A stretch of DNA of 64,000 bases from Blastocystis sp. Blastoise (lineage: Eukaryota; Protista; Bigyra: Opalinata), in NCBI GenBank assembly GCA_039096225.1, contig JBBPEB010000014.1:1178001-1242000 (forward strand), read 5' to 3'. The translations under genes were made by a program, and so were the position numbers. Below, one piece after another: positions 31,201-47,384 of the stretch (within the stretch, counting starts at the first letter, position 1; each line of letters opens with the position of its first letter). The notes below the pieces were generated by a model. That model made no database searches and was not told the origin of the DNA. It saw only the letters and a list, made by a program, of their open reading frames with translations.

Positions 31201-33963
31201 TTCTTCTAATGCATTCACTTCTCCTATATATACACATTCATCTTCTACATATATTGTATCTCCTTTTTATTCTACTGTCAATTCATATTCATGTCCAGGA
31301 ACATCACCTATTTATGATACATTAAATACAAATATAATATACGATAAGAATCAATATCAATTCTCTCCATTATCTTTATCACCTGTTGATAATTCTCTAT
31401 ATAATAAAGATCATAATCATCATAAAGAGAGAGTAATTCGTATTAATAAATCACAAAAGAATACATATATTCCTAATAATCAATATCAAGATATATATGG
31501 ATTATTATCAGCATCTTCTTCTTGTAATTATTCTCCTTCTATTTCTAATACATATATTAATTCTTCTTCTATTTCTAATTCGCATACAAATTCTTCTTCT
31601 ATTTCTAATTTACATATTAATTCTCCTTCTATTTCTAATATATATACACATTCTCCTTCTCCTCCTCCGTTGCCTTCTCAACCAGTATATAATACCAATA
31701 ATACTATATATTCTGCAAATAGTGCATTAAAAGGTAATACAATTTCTGATCAAAATAATTCGTTTATATCTCAACATATCAACAATTTACAATCTCAACT
31801 ATTTAATATAGACAAGAATCAGTATCCTAATGACTCTAGACAATGTAAATATAATACAAATAAACAATATTCTAATACTTCTAATAAAGGTATATATTTA
31901 ATATTATTGACTATATGTTTTTTCTTTTATTATATATTTATTTAATTTATTATATGTTTTTTTTATTTATTAAATATTAATTTTATTTATTAAATATAAA
32001 TTTCATTTATTAAATATAAATTTCATTTATTAAATATAAATTTCATTTATTAAATATAAATTTCATTTATTAAATATAAATTTCATTTATTAAATATAAA
32101 TTTCATTTATTAAATATAAATTTCATTTATTAAATATAAATTTCATTTATTAAATAATAATTTCATTTATTAAATATTAATTTCATTTATTAAATATTAA
32201 TTTCATTTATTATATCTTTTCTATACTACTTCTCTACATTTATTTTGTATATATATATATGTATATTTCATTTATCATATCATAATCTTCGATATTATTT
32301 TATTTTGCTATTCTATACTACATCTATAGTACCTCAATATATTTCAAAACATACCTATTATATAAAACGTCGAATTTCTATTCCTCTTTCTATTTCGAAA
32401 CACAATAATAATAATAATAATAATACTATAAAATTATTTGATAAATCAAGTTCCTCTTCCATAGTATCTACTTCTCTTGTATCTACTAATAAAAATATTA
32501 ATGATACATTTAATGTATTAAATCGATTTCCTATATCAAAATGGAATCATATTCCTTTATTTACACATATAAATGAAGAACTAATGGAGACTATCCTTTA
32601 TAATATTATATTTATAGATACAGAAAATCATTATGTATCTATTTCTAAGGATGAATTTGATAAATATATTCAAGAGATTCGACATCATTTCTCTTATTAT
32701 TATCCTTCTTATACGTGTCCAATTTTACATGATTTAGAACAAGTTCAATATTATATATATCATCAGTTTGAAGAAGATTCAGATCATTCAAGTCCTCTCT
32801 CTACTCATAAGGATCATTTACATAAACTACCATCTATGTATATATCAAATTCTTCAAATTCTCTTGCTAATAATGATATACCTACAGAAAGACAATTGGA
32901 TATTATATATCGATCTAAATCTCCAAATAGGGTTGATATGCCAATGAAACGATATATGAATGATAATGATTCTCTTCATACAAAGAGAATCTATAAAGAA
33001 AAACAAAAAATGATATCACCACAATTAATAGTATATAGTAATGTATCAGATGTAAATAGTAATGACTATTCTAAAAATAATAATAATAAGAATACAAAAA
33101 AATTACAATATATAAATAATAAATCAAATAATAGAATGCCTATAATTGATTCAAATAAAGTAATAAGAAGTCAATCTATATATAATAAATCTAGTTCCAT
33201 GAATAATAATAAAAGATATTATGTGTCTACTACTTCTCCTCCTTCATTAAGTCCAGTATCTTCAAATTATATAGATAATACTATAAATTCTAATAAGTAT
33301 AATCAATATAACCATTCATCTACTCCTATTTCTGAAGAAAGAGCAATAGATCAATTAAGACAAACATTATCACAATCAATTCCTCTTGGATATCATTCAA
33401 AATATAATAATAATGGTAGTCATCGTGATAATAATATATATAATAATAGTCAGATGAATGATAATAATAATAATGAATATAATGATAACCATAATCAAAT
33501 GAATGATAATAATAAACATAATAACAATGCTAAACATAATAACAATAGTATTATTAAATATAATAATAAACAAAACATTATAATGAATAATAATTCAATC
33601 CATAAGAAAGATTTGAATCAATTAAAAACTAGTGATATAGTATCTCATCCAATTTCTCTAAAAAAGAAGAAGAATATTAATTTAAATAAACAATATGATT
33701 CTTCAAATTTTAAACCCAAAAGTGGTAAATCTCAAAAAGATAATTCACTACAAAAACCATCTAAATCTGTCAATTATAAGAAAAATAATACTTCAAAGCC
33801 TAATAAAGAAAAGAAACAAAATAAAGATATAAAATTAAAAAAATCAATGAATGAAAAAAAGCCAAATACACAAGAATCTCATGATGGACCATTTGTCATT
33901 GAATCACAAGAAGATATAGATTTCTATAAAGATTTAAATATATCATTCAAAAATAATACTTAA
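21703..33963 (+). CDS. Giant (>3000 aa) chromatin-associated protein: N-terminal ELM2/SANT-like region, NSD-like PHD-finger cluster, long N/S/D-rich regions
   Basis: Exons join through GT-AG introns plus one AT-AC intron. LHELFDLLRINDGDIDKTL...EWNHQEINQFENAI...KSCIEILCYYY is SANT-like. CFICKQ..CSDCHRCFHVSC..WKCKDC, CSFC..CSMCSKLYHKEC..ICPDHFCSCC..CIYCQRWWHEEC are PHD fingers at 26960-28120. The start is uncertain. Confidence 0.75.
21864..21941 (+). other. U12-type (minor spliceosome) AT-AC intron
   Basis: 5' ATATCCTTTT, branch-like CACACTTAAC (21924-21933), 3' CTAC. Removal deletes in-frame stops and joins QQAIII|ISKNSLL. Confidence 0.85.
22925..23710 (+). repeat. Coding tandem repeat of 17/19-aa units (SNEDDKIxDxxNS[LD]I), about 14 copies
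   Basis: Visible in ORF 22488-24431 and as 51/57-bp DNA units. Confidence 0.9.
31975..32210. repeat. Intronic 20-bp minisatellite TTTCATTTATTAAATATAAA, about 11-12 copies
   Basis: Near-perfect tandem copies inside intron 31890-32328. Confidence 0.95.
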
Positions 33964-36546
33964 ATAATATATATATATGTATGTATTTAGCTCTTTTTAT
34001 GAATATTTTAATTTTTATTTGGTTCGATTTCTAACTTCTATTTGAAAGCGTATTCAATCAAACATTAAATTCGTTTTTTTAGACATTTTTGTAATATAAT
34101 TTATAAATATATTTAGTAATTTTATTTCATCACTATTTTGTTTAGTTAAACAATGTAAGACAACAGATATTCATAATAAAGAATATGATAAGCGACTTGA
34201 ACTAAAAAAAAAAGCCATAAGATCTTTAAATACGAACAATTGTGTTGATTACTATATTAATAGGACTTATAACTGATTTCTATATAATTCTAAAAGACTG
34301 CAAAACCAATGTATTAATGAATAAATGCAAGAACATTAAGCAACAAATAATAATTGATTTGAAATCTATTTTTGCTTTCTTCTGACAATAAAATATATCA
34401 GAAAACAATACCGTGATTATAAACCAAATATGAACATATAAATTAATTATAACGAATAATATAAAGTCAATAATTGAGTTATTACTTGCTTTCTTAGCAA
34501 TTGTTTGTAAGTATTTGTAATGACCTCAACGATTTGAATCGGATTTATTTATTTATAAACTTCATATAAACAACAGTCAACATAAAAATACTATTATTAT
34601 GTAAACTATTCAAATCGTTAGAAATACAGAGAAAAGCCGTCAAATACGTTGAAAAGACCAATATTCTATTTTCAGAAATATTAACAAAAAATAATGCATC
34701 ACATGCTAAATAATCTAGGTTTTTTTTTATATATAAAACCACAAATCTCTCTTTAATGACTTTTGTATTCTTCATAAATAATCGATTTTATTATTTTTCG
34801 TCATGAATCTCAACAGATAATCTATAGCAATGATGATTTTGAGGAGATTACAGATATCTTATGAACATAGACAAGGATGTTTTTTTTTGAAAGAAATTTA
34901 TTTGGAACGATCGTTGAGAACTGTATTCAAAATGCTTAGAATTACTGATTCTATATGAGACATTCGCGGAACAGTGATTAAATAGTTGGCTATTCTTGGT
35001 ATTTGTTTTGGTAAATATAAGTTTATTCAATGCGCCAAGACTACATTAACATCTCTGATCTAAATGGTGGAGTGTGTATGTACATTCAGGTACTTAACCT
35101 TAATTAAGTTTTAATTACTCATTGTTAGCAAGAGAATGTATTGTAGAGTGGTTGTATATCTTTAAATGAGTTGTTTAAACGTAAAATAGTTTTCGTTTTA
35201 TTGTTTAGACTCCAATTTTGAAACAAAGTGTGTCTGCTTTTTTCGCTAAGATTCAGATGAATATACCTCAGTGTTTAAAATTCATGGAAGTTAATTAAAA
35301 CTATCAATTACAGTCAATAATTTCACTTTTAGGATTTAACTATGTTTAAAAAGTAGTTGGTTGGTGGTTGATGGTACTCTACACATTATGAAATAAATAG
35401 TAAACACCGTTAGAAGTAATAAAGTTTTAATTATATAACTTCGTGGTGTTTAGTGAACCCATTGATTCTCAATATCAAATAAATGTCAGATAAACATAAA
35501 GATTCTTATCATATAAAAGAAACTAACAGATGATTCTATGGGTTTGCTTTGTATTTTTGAAGGTAATACATCTCAAAGATTTATTCTTTATTTTTTTATA
35601 TGCAATGACACAATTGTATGATAACTATGAATAGATGATGTTGATAACTATACATACATCCGTTTCATGTATTAATGAAGTGAATGGTTCTCAAGAAAAA
35701 ACGAAAAATATTTTTTTAGTATAGAAGAAATTCTGTCGTGAAATTGTAGTGGAGTTGTTCATTCTTCATAAAAAATAAGGTAATTAAACTAGAATTCGTC
35801 ATGACGATATTCTTATTTTGTTGAATAATCCAATAAAAAGACTTGAAATGTTGGATCTCTTACTATGACCAAAAGAGATGACAATTCTATAGGATGTTCC
35901 AATCAAATTTAGTAAATAGGGGCTGGAATTTTTTTATATCGTTTTTATAAGAAAAATTAATAGTGTAGGAATTCTTTTTACCCCCTTGAGAGATTCAGCT
36001 GTGAGAAACTGAGTTACTGACGAATTATTGTATACTTGTTTTGATTGGATAAAATTATAATAGTATTTCTTTTTGCATTCATCATTGAGTGACACAGTCA
36101 ACGTCTATGTCTATGTTTATTATTCTCTAGATTAATCATGGCATTAACCCTCATTTTTAAAAGATATTTATGATTTTTTATATTTTTGTTTCTTTTCGAT
36201 GTTTCCCCCTCAAAAAAACAGGGGGAGCTATTCGTTGATTTTTTTCATTATATCCAATGGAAAAAAGACTTTTCCGTTTCCTAATTGTGTTTTTCATGAT
36301 AATTATGAATTTTTTTAGGCTTTACTGTTGAAAATCTGGCATTTCTTATGATTCTGTTTTTAACCTGATTTATACATTTTCATAAGTAATTTATAAAATA
36401 CAGTTATCATTACATATTTTTAAAATTATTCTTTAAAGTTTTCTTCTCTTCTCTTTATTACCTGAATATTCTTTTCTCCGAATTTCTCACCAAAATTATT
36501 TTTTATATTTTTCATATCAGTGTTTTCTTTGGCTAAAATTTTCAAA

Positions 36547-40247
<3,701 letters not shown>

Positions 40248-42592
40248 TTTTTATATTTATTCATCTTTAATTATTGTTTTATCATCAATATATATATATT
40301 TTTTATGAGTATTTCTCTTTTAAAGTTATTAATTAAATAATATTGTTTTATATATATGTATTATTTAGAATTAAGATTTCTCTATATATAAATATTTTTA
40401 TTTTATAATATTTCTTTTTCTATTTTTCACTTTTTGTATCCACTTTGATGTGTTTTTCACATATATATCATTTAATAAATTCAGTTCTATGCATTAGTAT
40501 CAATATCATCATATAAATAATCTTGATTTATTCTTTTATTTGATATTCTAATTATTTTTTTCTTTAAATACTTGCTTCTTAGTCCTTCTATAGCAAACAG
40601 TTAAGTAACTTACATATTTGTCATTATATTTAATATATGAACAGTTTCATTCTTTATTGTTTCTTGGTATTACCAGTTTTATTTTATTTTTATTTTTATT
40701 TTTATTTTTATTTTTTATTTTTATTTCTTTTATAAATTTTTCATTATATTCCATTTTATTTATTCTCTTTAGTTGTTATTACATTTTCTTTTAAAGATTT
40801 AGATGCTTCTCAATGTTTTGATTTTCATTATTCATTTATATTCATTAATTATCAATTATCTTTAATTGTTTCATTCTCCTACTTATTACTCCTAGATTCT
40901 TTGTCCAGTTTTATTAATAATCTTCTTTATATTATTATTAAAACGTAGTAACTATATACGTCTAACTATTTCTATGATTATTGTATATACTTTAAGAGTA
41001 TTTTATTTTTTTAAAGATTTTCTATAGAACATATTTTTATATTTATTTATTATGTGAAAGTATAGTTATATATTTGTATTGATTCATGTATATGATATGA
41101 ATACTTTATATTCACTTTATTATGTGTTAAAGTATTTAATTATATTTTCATTGTAGTTCTTTTTACTAGTTTTAATAATAGATTTATTTCTTGCGAAGAA
41201 TTCTTCTATTATCTTTCATAATCTTATTCTTTATTTTCATTTCTTATCTGCGCTATTCTATGATTTATTTGATGTCTAAACCATGTTCGTATTTTCTTAA
41301 AAAGAAAGGGTATATATATATATATATATATTATATATCTATTTATTTCAAATATCCTAATAAAAACGATATATATAATAAATCCTATTCGTGGAATAGT
41401 CATCTTCCTTTCTTAATACTATATATCATATATAAGTGATGTATTGTTTAATACGAACTTCTATATTTGTCTTCTACTAAATAATTTATTAACTATATGT
41501 ATTGTTTTTATTATTCTGTCATTTCTAGCTTTTAATTATCATGCATACACGATATACATAAAGTATAGATAAATGTATAAAGAGCATTATAATATAACAA
41601 AACAAAACCACTAAATATTAAATACATTGAAAAAGACAAACAAACAAAAAGAAAAAAGATAGATAAACACTAAGATAATAGTTAAGAAATACAATTAATA
41701 TATATATATATATATATACTATTTAAATAAAAAAAAACTGTCTAATAATGGAAAGATATATTTAAAAAAAAATATTTATAAAAGTTAAAAATAATTAAAA
41801 AGAAAGAATAATAATAATAACAAAAAATCATAAAATAAATGAAGACTATAGTTTAAGGAAAGTCTAATGTGAAAAGAAACAATAAGATAAGATTGAATGA
41901 ATAGATATCATTAAAAAGTATAATGATATTTAAAACAAGTAGAATATATTATATATTATATATATATATATATGAATAAAATAAAATGATATAAAAAGAA
42001 GAAAAAATATATATTTGAGTGATATATATGTATATATGATAAGAAATTAAACAAAAGAGATGTAACAACAACAAAAGATAATCAATAAAAAAGAGGTTAT
42101 TGAAATATATATAAAAAATATAATGAAAAGGATAGAGAGAATAAAAAAACATACACGAAAATTACTATACAAAAAAAAAAAGAAAATATATTTGTAAAGA
42201 AATATAAAAAAGTATTTAGAAAATATATAAATAGTCTACAATATATATAGATATAGATGAAAAACAAAGCCAAAAAAAAATAAAATTATTAAAAAAAAAA
42301 GACATATCAAAATAAATTAGAATTAATGCAACAAAGTAGCAATAAATTATATATATATATGTATATATATGTATTTTATAAAAATAAAAAAAAAAAAAAA
42401 CAAATATATATAGAAAGAACATAAAATAAATACAAGAAAAAAAAAAAAAAAAATAAATAAATAAATATATAAAAGTCTACAAATGAAAAAAAGATTTCAT
42501 TATAGAATAAAAAAAAAAAAAAAAATAGATTCATATGAATAACTCATTAAAAATAAATATATAATAAAAAAATGAGAATGAATAAATAATGT

Positions 42593-43993
42593 TTACTTGG
42601 TAGATATTTGTATTTGATCTCCATCTAAAAGGATATTATTAATAGAAACTTCTATTCCTGAATGAAAACGTGTTTCATCTAAATCATTTAATTTATTAAA
42701 TATTTCAGATTCAGTATCTCGAAGAGTAGATATATTAGCAAATAATTGATTAAATAAAACATCCATTGCTTCATTTGTATCTGTTTCATATCGTTTTATA
42801 TTTTTCTTGGTTATATAACGAACAAAGAATTGTGTAGAACTTTTATTATCTTCTGATACATAAGGAGTAAATGAATATACATTAATATCAGCTAATCTTG
42901 TTGATGCTAATTCAACAAATAATGGATAAAACTCTAAAGTAATATTACAATTTATATATGCATAATTCACACGTTTCATCTGTACACGGAAATCTAAATA
43001 TCTATATTTAGAATTAGAATTACCATGATGACTTTCTGAGCAACCTGCATAATTCTTTGTTGACCAATATGAAATACCATTTTGAATAGAACATTTTCTT
43101 GTTATATATCCAATATAATCAATATTCCCTATACGTTCACATGGATAATAAATAATATCATTTAAATAATAATGATTATTAGGATTATAATCAAGGGGTA
43201 AATCATCAACAGGTATAGAACATTCAACTTTATTTTCTGTATTCTCTATATAAAAAAATGAAAATGTAAATTCACTATGAAATATAGTACCAAAATTCAT
43301 CATTAAATAATGTGTAATTTGATAACTAGCACTTTCAGAATTCTCTAAATCATTCATATCACCACGTTGGAAATAATATACATATTCATGAAGAGTAATA
43401 ATTCGTATATATACAAGAATAACAGGTTCTTCACCAGGAGATGATATTGTTTCTACAGCACCAACATATACATCTCCAATAGCAAAAGGAAAAACACTAA
43501 CTAGAGAATAAATAATACTTACTCTAGTTTTTGCATCGATCAAAGAAGCTTCAATACCAGTCATCTTAATTACCCAATCTACACCAACATATCCAAGTGG
43601 AATACCTCCATTTGATTTTGCTTTTGAAAAACAACCATCTACATAAGTTTTACCTATCCAGCTAGAACCAGATTTGAAACAACTCTTCGTAATTACACCA
43701 AAGTATCCATCATCACAGTTAGCATCTTTTATACTTTGACCATAAGGAATTCCATTTGAACACATACTATCAGTAGGGATACAATTTCCATTTATATACA
43801 TCGTTCCACTCTCACACTTTCTACAAGCCGATGAATGAGTATGTTGGATTACTTCTCCATTACAATAAGAACAACTAAACATTCCTTCATCAGCATAATA
43901 TTGATCAGGACAAGATAATGAGATCGCACTTGATAGAAGAAGAATAAATACTAAAGATTTCATGGATCCAATTTGATTCATAATAGGAAACAT
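42593..43993 (-). CDS. Intronless secreted Cys-rich protein with two HRM-like + SEA-like modules
   Basis: 466-aa ORF; signal peptide (MKSLVFILLLSSAISLSC); Cys-rich N-terminus; two copies of C-x-GY-x-G-x-IT-x-x-C...W...GC...D-x-x-x-x-M; no TM helix. Confidence 0.8.
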   Translation of the reverse strand: MFPIMNQIGSMKSLVFILLLSSAISLSCPDQYYADEGMFSCSYCNGEVIQHTHSSACRKCESGTMYINGNCIPTDSMCSNGIPYGQSIKDANCDDGYFGVITKSCFKSGSSWIGKTYVDGCFSKAKSNGGIPLGYVGVDWVIKMTGIEASLIDAKTRVSIIYSLVSVFPFAIGDVYVGAVETISSPGEEPVILVYIRIITLHEYVYYFQRGDMNDLENSESASYQITHYLMMNFGTIFHSEFTFSFFYIENTENKVECSIPVDDLPLDYNPNNHYYLNDIIYYPCERIGNIDYIGYITRKCSIQNGISYWSTKNYAGCSESHHGNSNSKYRYLDFRVQMKRVNYAYINCNITLEFYPLFVELASTRLADINVYSFTPYVSEDNKSSTQFFVRYITKKNIKRYETDTNEAMDVLFNQLFANISTLRDTESEIFNKLNDLDETRFHSGIEVSINNILLDGDQIQISTK

Positions 43994-44785
43994 ATTTTAA
44001 TTAATGATTTTCTTTTTTTTGGTGAAAAATGAATATTCACTGAATTTTTTGAAAGAATTCATTATTATTTTTATTCTTTTTAAAATATTTTTTTCGATCA
44101 GAACAATGATGTTTTTGTATTTATATTGTTAATATTTATTGGATAACAATAATTAAGACTCAGTAAGAGTGTAGAAGAGTGTTTTAAACATATCTATTCT
44201 TCTTTTAATGTGAATATCGGATTAAACGTTGATGTTTTTGAGCCATGTTTATTTTGTTAAACAAAATATAGTATAATGAATAGTTAACCAATAACATGTA
44301 TAAAAAAATAAGTATTTAAATCAAAGAAAATAATAAATTGTTTTATTTTATTTATAAATGCATTTCTTTTTAATAAGTGAATTGATGTAGATATCATAAT
44401 ATAGAATTAGTGTATTTTATCTATTTCACCTTATGTTTTATTTAAATAAAAAGTATTTAATTATCATTTTCTATATGAATTGTGTATACTACATATTTAG
44501 AACACTATGAATTAATTTAGTGAATATATTACTAATTTAAAGGATGCTTATTTGTTCAAAATCATTATTTTCTAGTGTTATCTTAATTGAGAATTTGATT
44601 ATAAGTAGACAAAAAGGAATTATGTAGTTGTGACTGATTTTTATTTTTATTCCAAATATTATGAATAATTTTTTTCTTTTGTATTATGTTGATATTGTTT
44701 TATAATTTCTCAATTAAAAAAAAAACAAAAAAACAGTATTAAAAATAAGTAACTAATATATAACACATTCCATATAAGATTCAAC

Positions 44786-45883
44786 TTATTCTTTCTATAA
44801 ATATAAAAATTAATAAACAATATATAGAATAGATATATATATTCAAAAAATAATTATCTTACCTTTTCTTCAGGTTTCTTCTCTTCAGGTTTCTTTTCTT
44901 CAGTCTTCTTTTCCTCAGGTTTCTTTTCTTCAGTCTTCTTTTCTTCAGGTTTCTTTTCAACAGGCTTCTTTTCAACCTTCTTTTCTTCAGGCTTAGTTTC
45001 CTCTATATAATAAATATAGTAATAATAAAAATATATATTTATAATAATAAATACAAACAATATAATGTTACATATAATAAAATAAAAAAAATAGTTCTAT
45101 ATACTGATTTCACCACAGTCAGCAATAATAACAGGAAGACGAGGTTTATCATCCCTATCCGTATTTACTCTTTCGATCTTACGAACAACACTATAACCAT
45201 CATAAACTTCTCCGAAAACTACATGTTTACCATTAAGATGAGGTGTAGCTACCTATTATAGTATATAATATAATATAAAATAGTATACTATAAGCAAAAT
45301 AAAAAAAAAATAAAATAATATAAACAATAAAATAAAATAATATAAACAATAAAATTAAAATAAAATAATAACATATATTTACAGTAGTAATAAAGAATTG
45401 AGAACCATTGGTATTACGACCAGCATTAGCCATAGATAACATACCAGGTTTAGTATGTTTATGTTTGAAGTTTTCATCGTTGAACTTATTACCATAGATA
45501 GATTCACCACCAGTACCATTACCTCTAGTGAAATCACCACCTTGAATCATAAAATCAGAAATAACTCTATGGAAAGAACAACCCTTGAAATGTAAAGGTT
45601 TTCCACACTTTCCCTTTCCCTTTTCACCAGTACATAAAGCTCTATAATAATAGAATAACTCAACAAATGATAAAGAAAATACCTAAAGTTCTCAGAAGTC
45701 TTAGGAGTATCCTATATACATCAAATAATAATTCTCTTATCTAGAAAAAAATACATACAGCGTATAACTTCATAGAAATACGACCAACTATGGTAAATTA
45801 TTCAAAAAACAAAAGCTAAACATACTTGGCTTTCCACCAATTGTTATATCAAAGAAAACCTTAGCGTAAGTGCTATCACTCAT
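44786..45883 (-). CDS. Cyclophilin-type peptidyl-prolyl isomerase with K/E-rich pentapeptide tail
   Basis: [86 protein letters not shown]. Tail of ([10 protein letters not shown])n. Stop at 44786 if the last intron is spliced, otherwise 44854. Confidence 0.96.
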
Positions 45884-47384
45884 GACTAAATACCGTAAAT
45901 AAATATATAAATATTTAAAAAATAAAAGAAACCACAGATTTTTTTTGGTTCAAAATTCTGGAAAAATCGTCAGATTGACTTAATTCGACTGAATTATTAT
46001 TTTTATTCTTTTCGACTACTCTCTTTTATTGTGATGTATTGATTATATTCACATATTAGAAATCATATTAAATATCCATATAAGAAACTATTTAGAATTG
46101 ATTCGTTTTCTATTCATTGGAGTAGCTAATATAGTTGATGAGTTTTTCTTATTAATAAATATGGAAAGAAAGATGATACAAAGAATTTAATGTTGTTGAA
46201 CCTGAAATTAATTTATATATATACTCAAAAAACAAAAATGAATCAAGTTGATTATTCTGATTTTAGTGTTTTTCTTATATATTCTCATGCTTCACTTTAA
46301 CTAAACATTTCTTATATGTTTAAATTAAAAAATTAAGATTGAATTTATATTGTGATAGCCAATAGAATATAATAAAAATAATATTTGATTAGTAGAAAAA
46401 TTGCATATTTATATATATATAAATATAATCGAGAATAGCTTACAAAGAAAAGATAATAATTATTAAATTTTACATATACAGATAAAAAATAGTCTTGAAT
46501 TAAAACCTAGGATATACAAGATATATATATGATATGATGGTTAAAAAAGTGGGTTATAATATATATAGAATAGGTGTATATATAAATATAGAGTAATTAA
46601 CATAATAGGAAATATGTACAAAATAATAATAGTAAAAAAAAAGTAATAATGTTTATGTCTATTGAATTTGTCAAGTATTATAAATATATAGAAATAGGTT
46701 GAAAAAAAAAATAATAATAGGATTGTCGTTTGAATCAATTGTATAAGTATGTAAATAATAAAATATATATATATAAATTGATGTTAATGATCATTATAGA
46801 ATCTACAAAGAAACAAAATAAAATTAAAAATAATAATGTATAATACAATAAATAAAAATGTACTTTTGTTTAAACTTAGTTCTATAGATAATACAAAAAG
46901 AGAAAGTATATATATATATTTATCCTAATTACATATTCATATAGCAAAGAAATATCATTATTCTTAAAAGAATAGTAAGAGTATATAGGGAAAGATGATA
47001 GTTATTTATACACATTTATAGTATATAAAAGAATATACATAGTATATTTTAATAATACATATAAAAAGCAAAATGTATGATGGTTTACAATTTTAGAAGA
47101 AAAATAATAATAAAAAAATTAATTATATATATACAAATGTATGAATATATAATTAATGAAGAAATTTGAAGAAGAGGTATAGAAAAAAATATGTCATAAA
47201 TAAGGGATATAATATATATAATAGAGGAGAAAAACGAAGACATAAACGATAATAAGATATAATATTCAAAATATAAAAATAAATAATGAAATATGTTGAA
47301 AAATATGCATAAACAAAAATAGCATAGTTTTCATAAATAATATGTATTTAAATAAATAAACAAATTTGTTAATAATAAAGCAAG

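Noticed and set aside
12256-33963. Genome-wide reassignment of TAA/TAG to Gln
   Set aside because: Multi-kilobase exons have no internal TAA/TAG, Gln is encoded by CAA, and genes end in TAA/TAG.
33964-36500. Hidden gene or transposon in the long intergenic region, including the CCCCCT/AGGGGG hairpin near 36204
   Set aside because: No convincing exon chain, terminal repeats or recognisable protein motif; a single short hairpin is not sufficient evidence.
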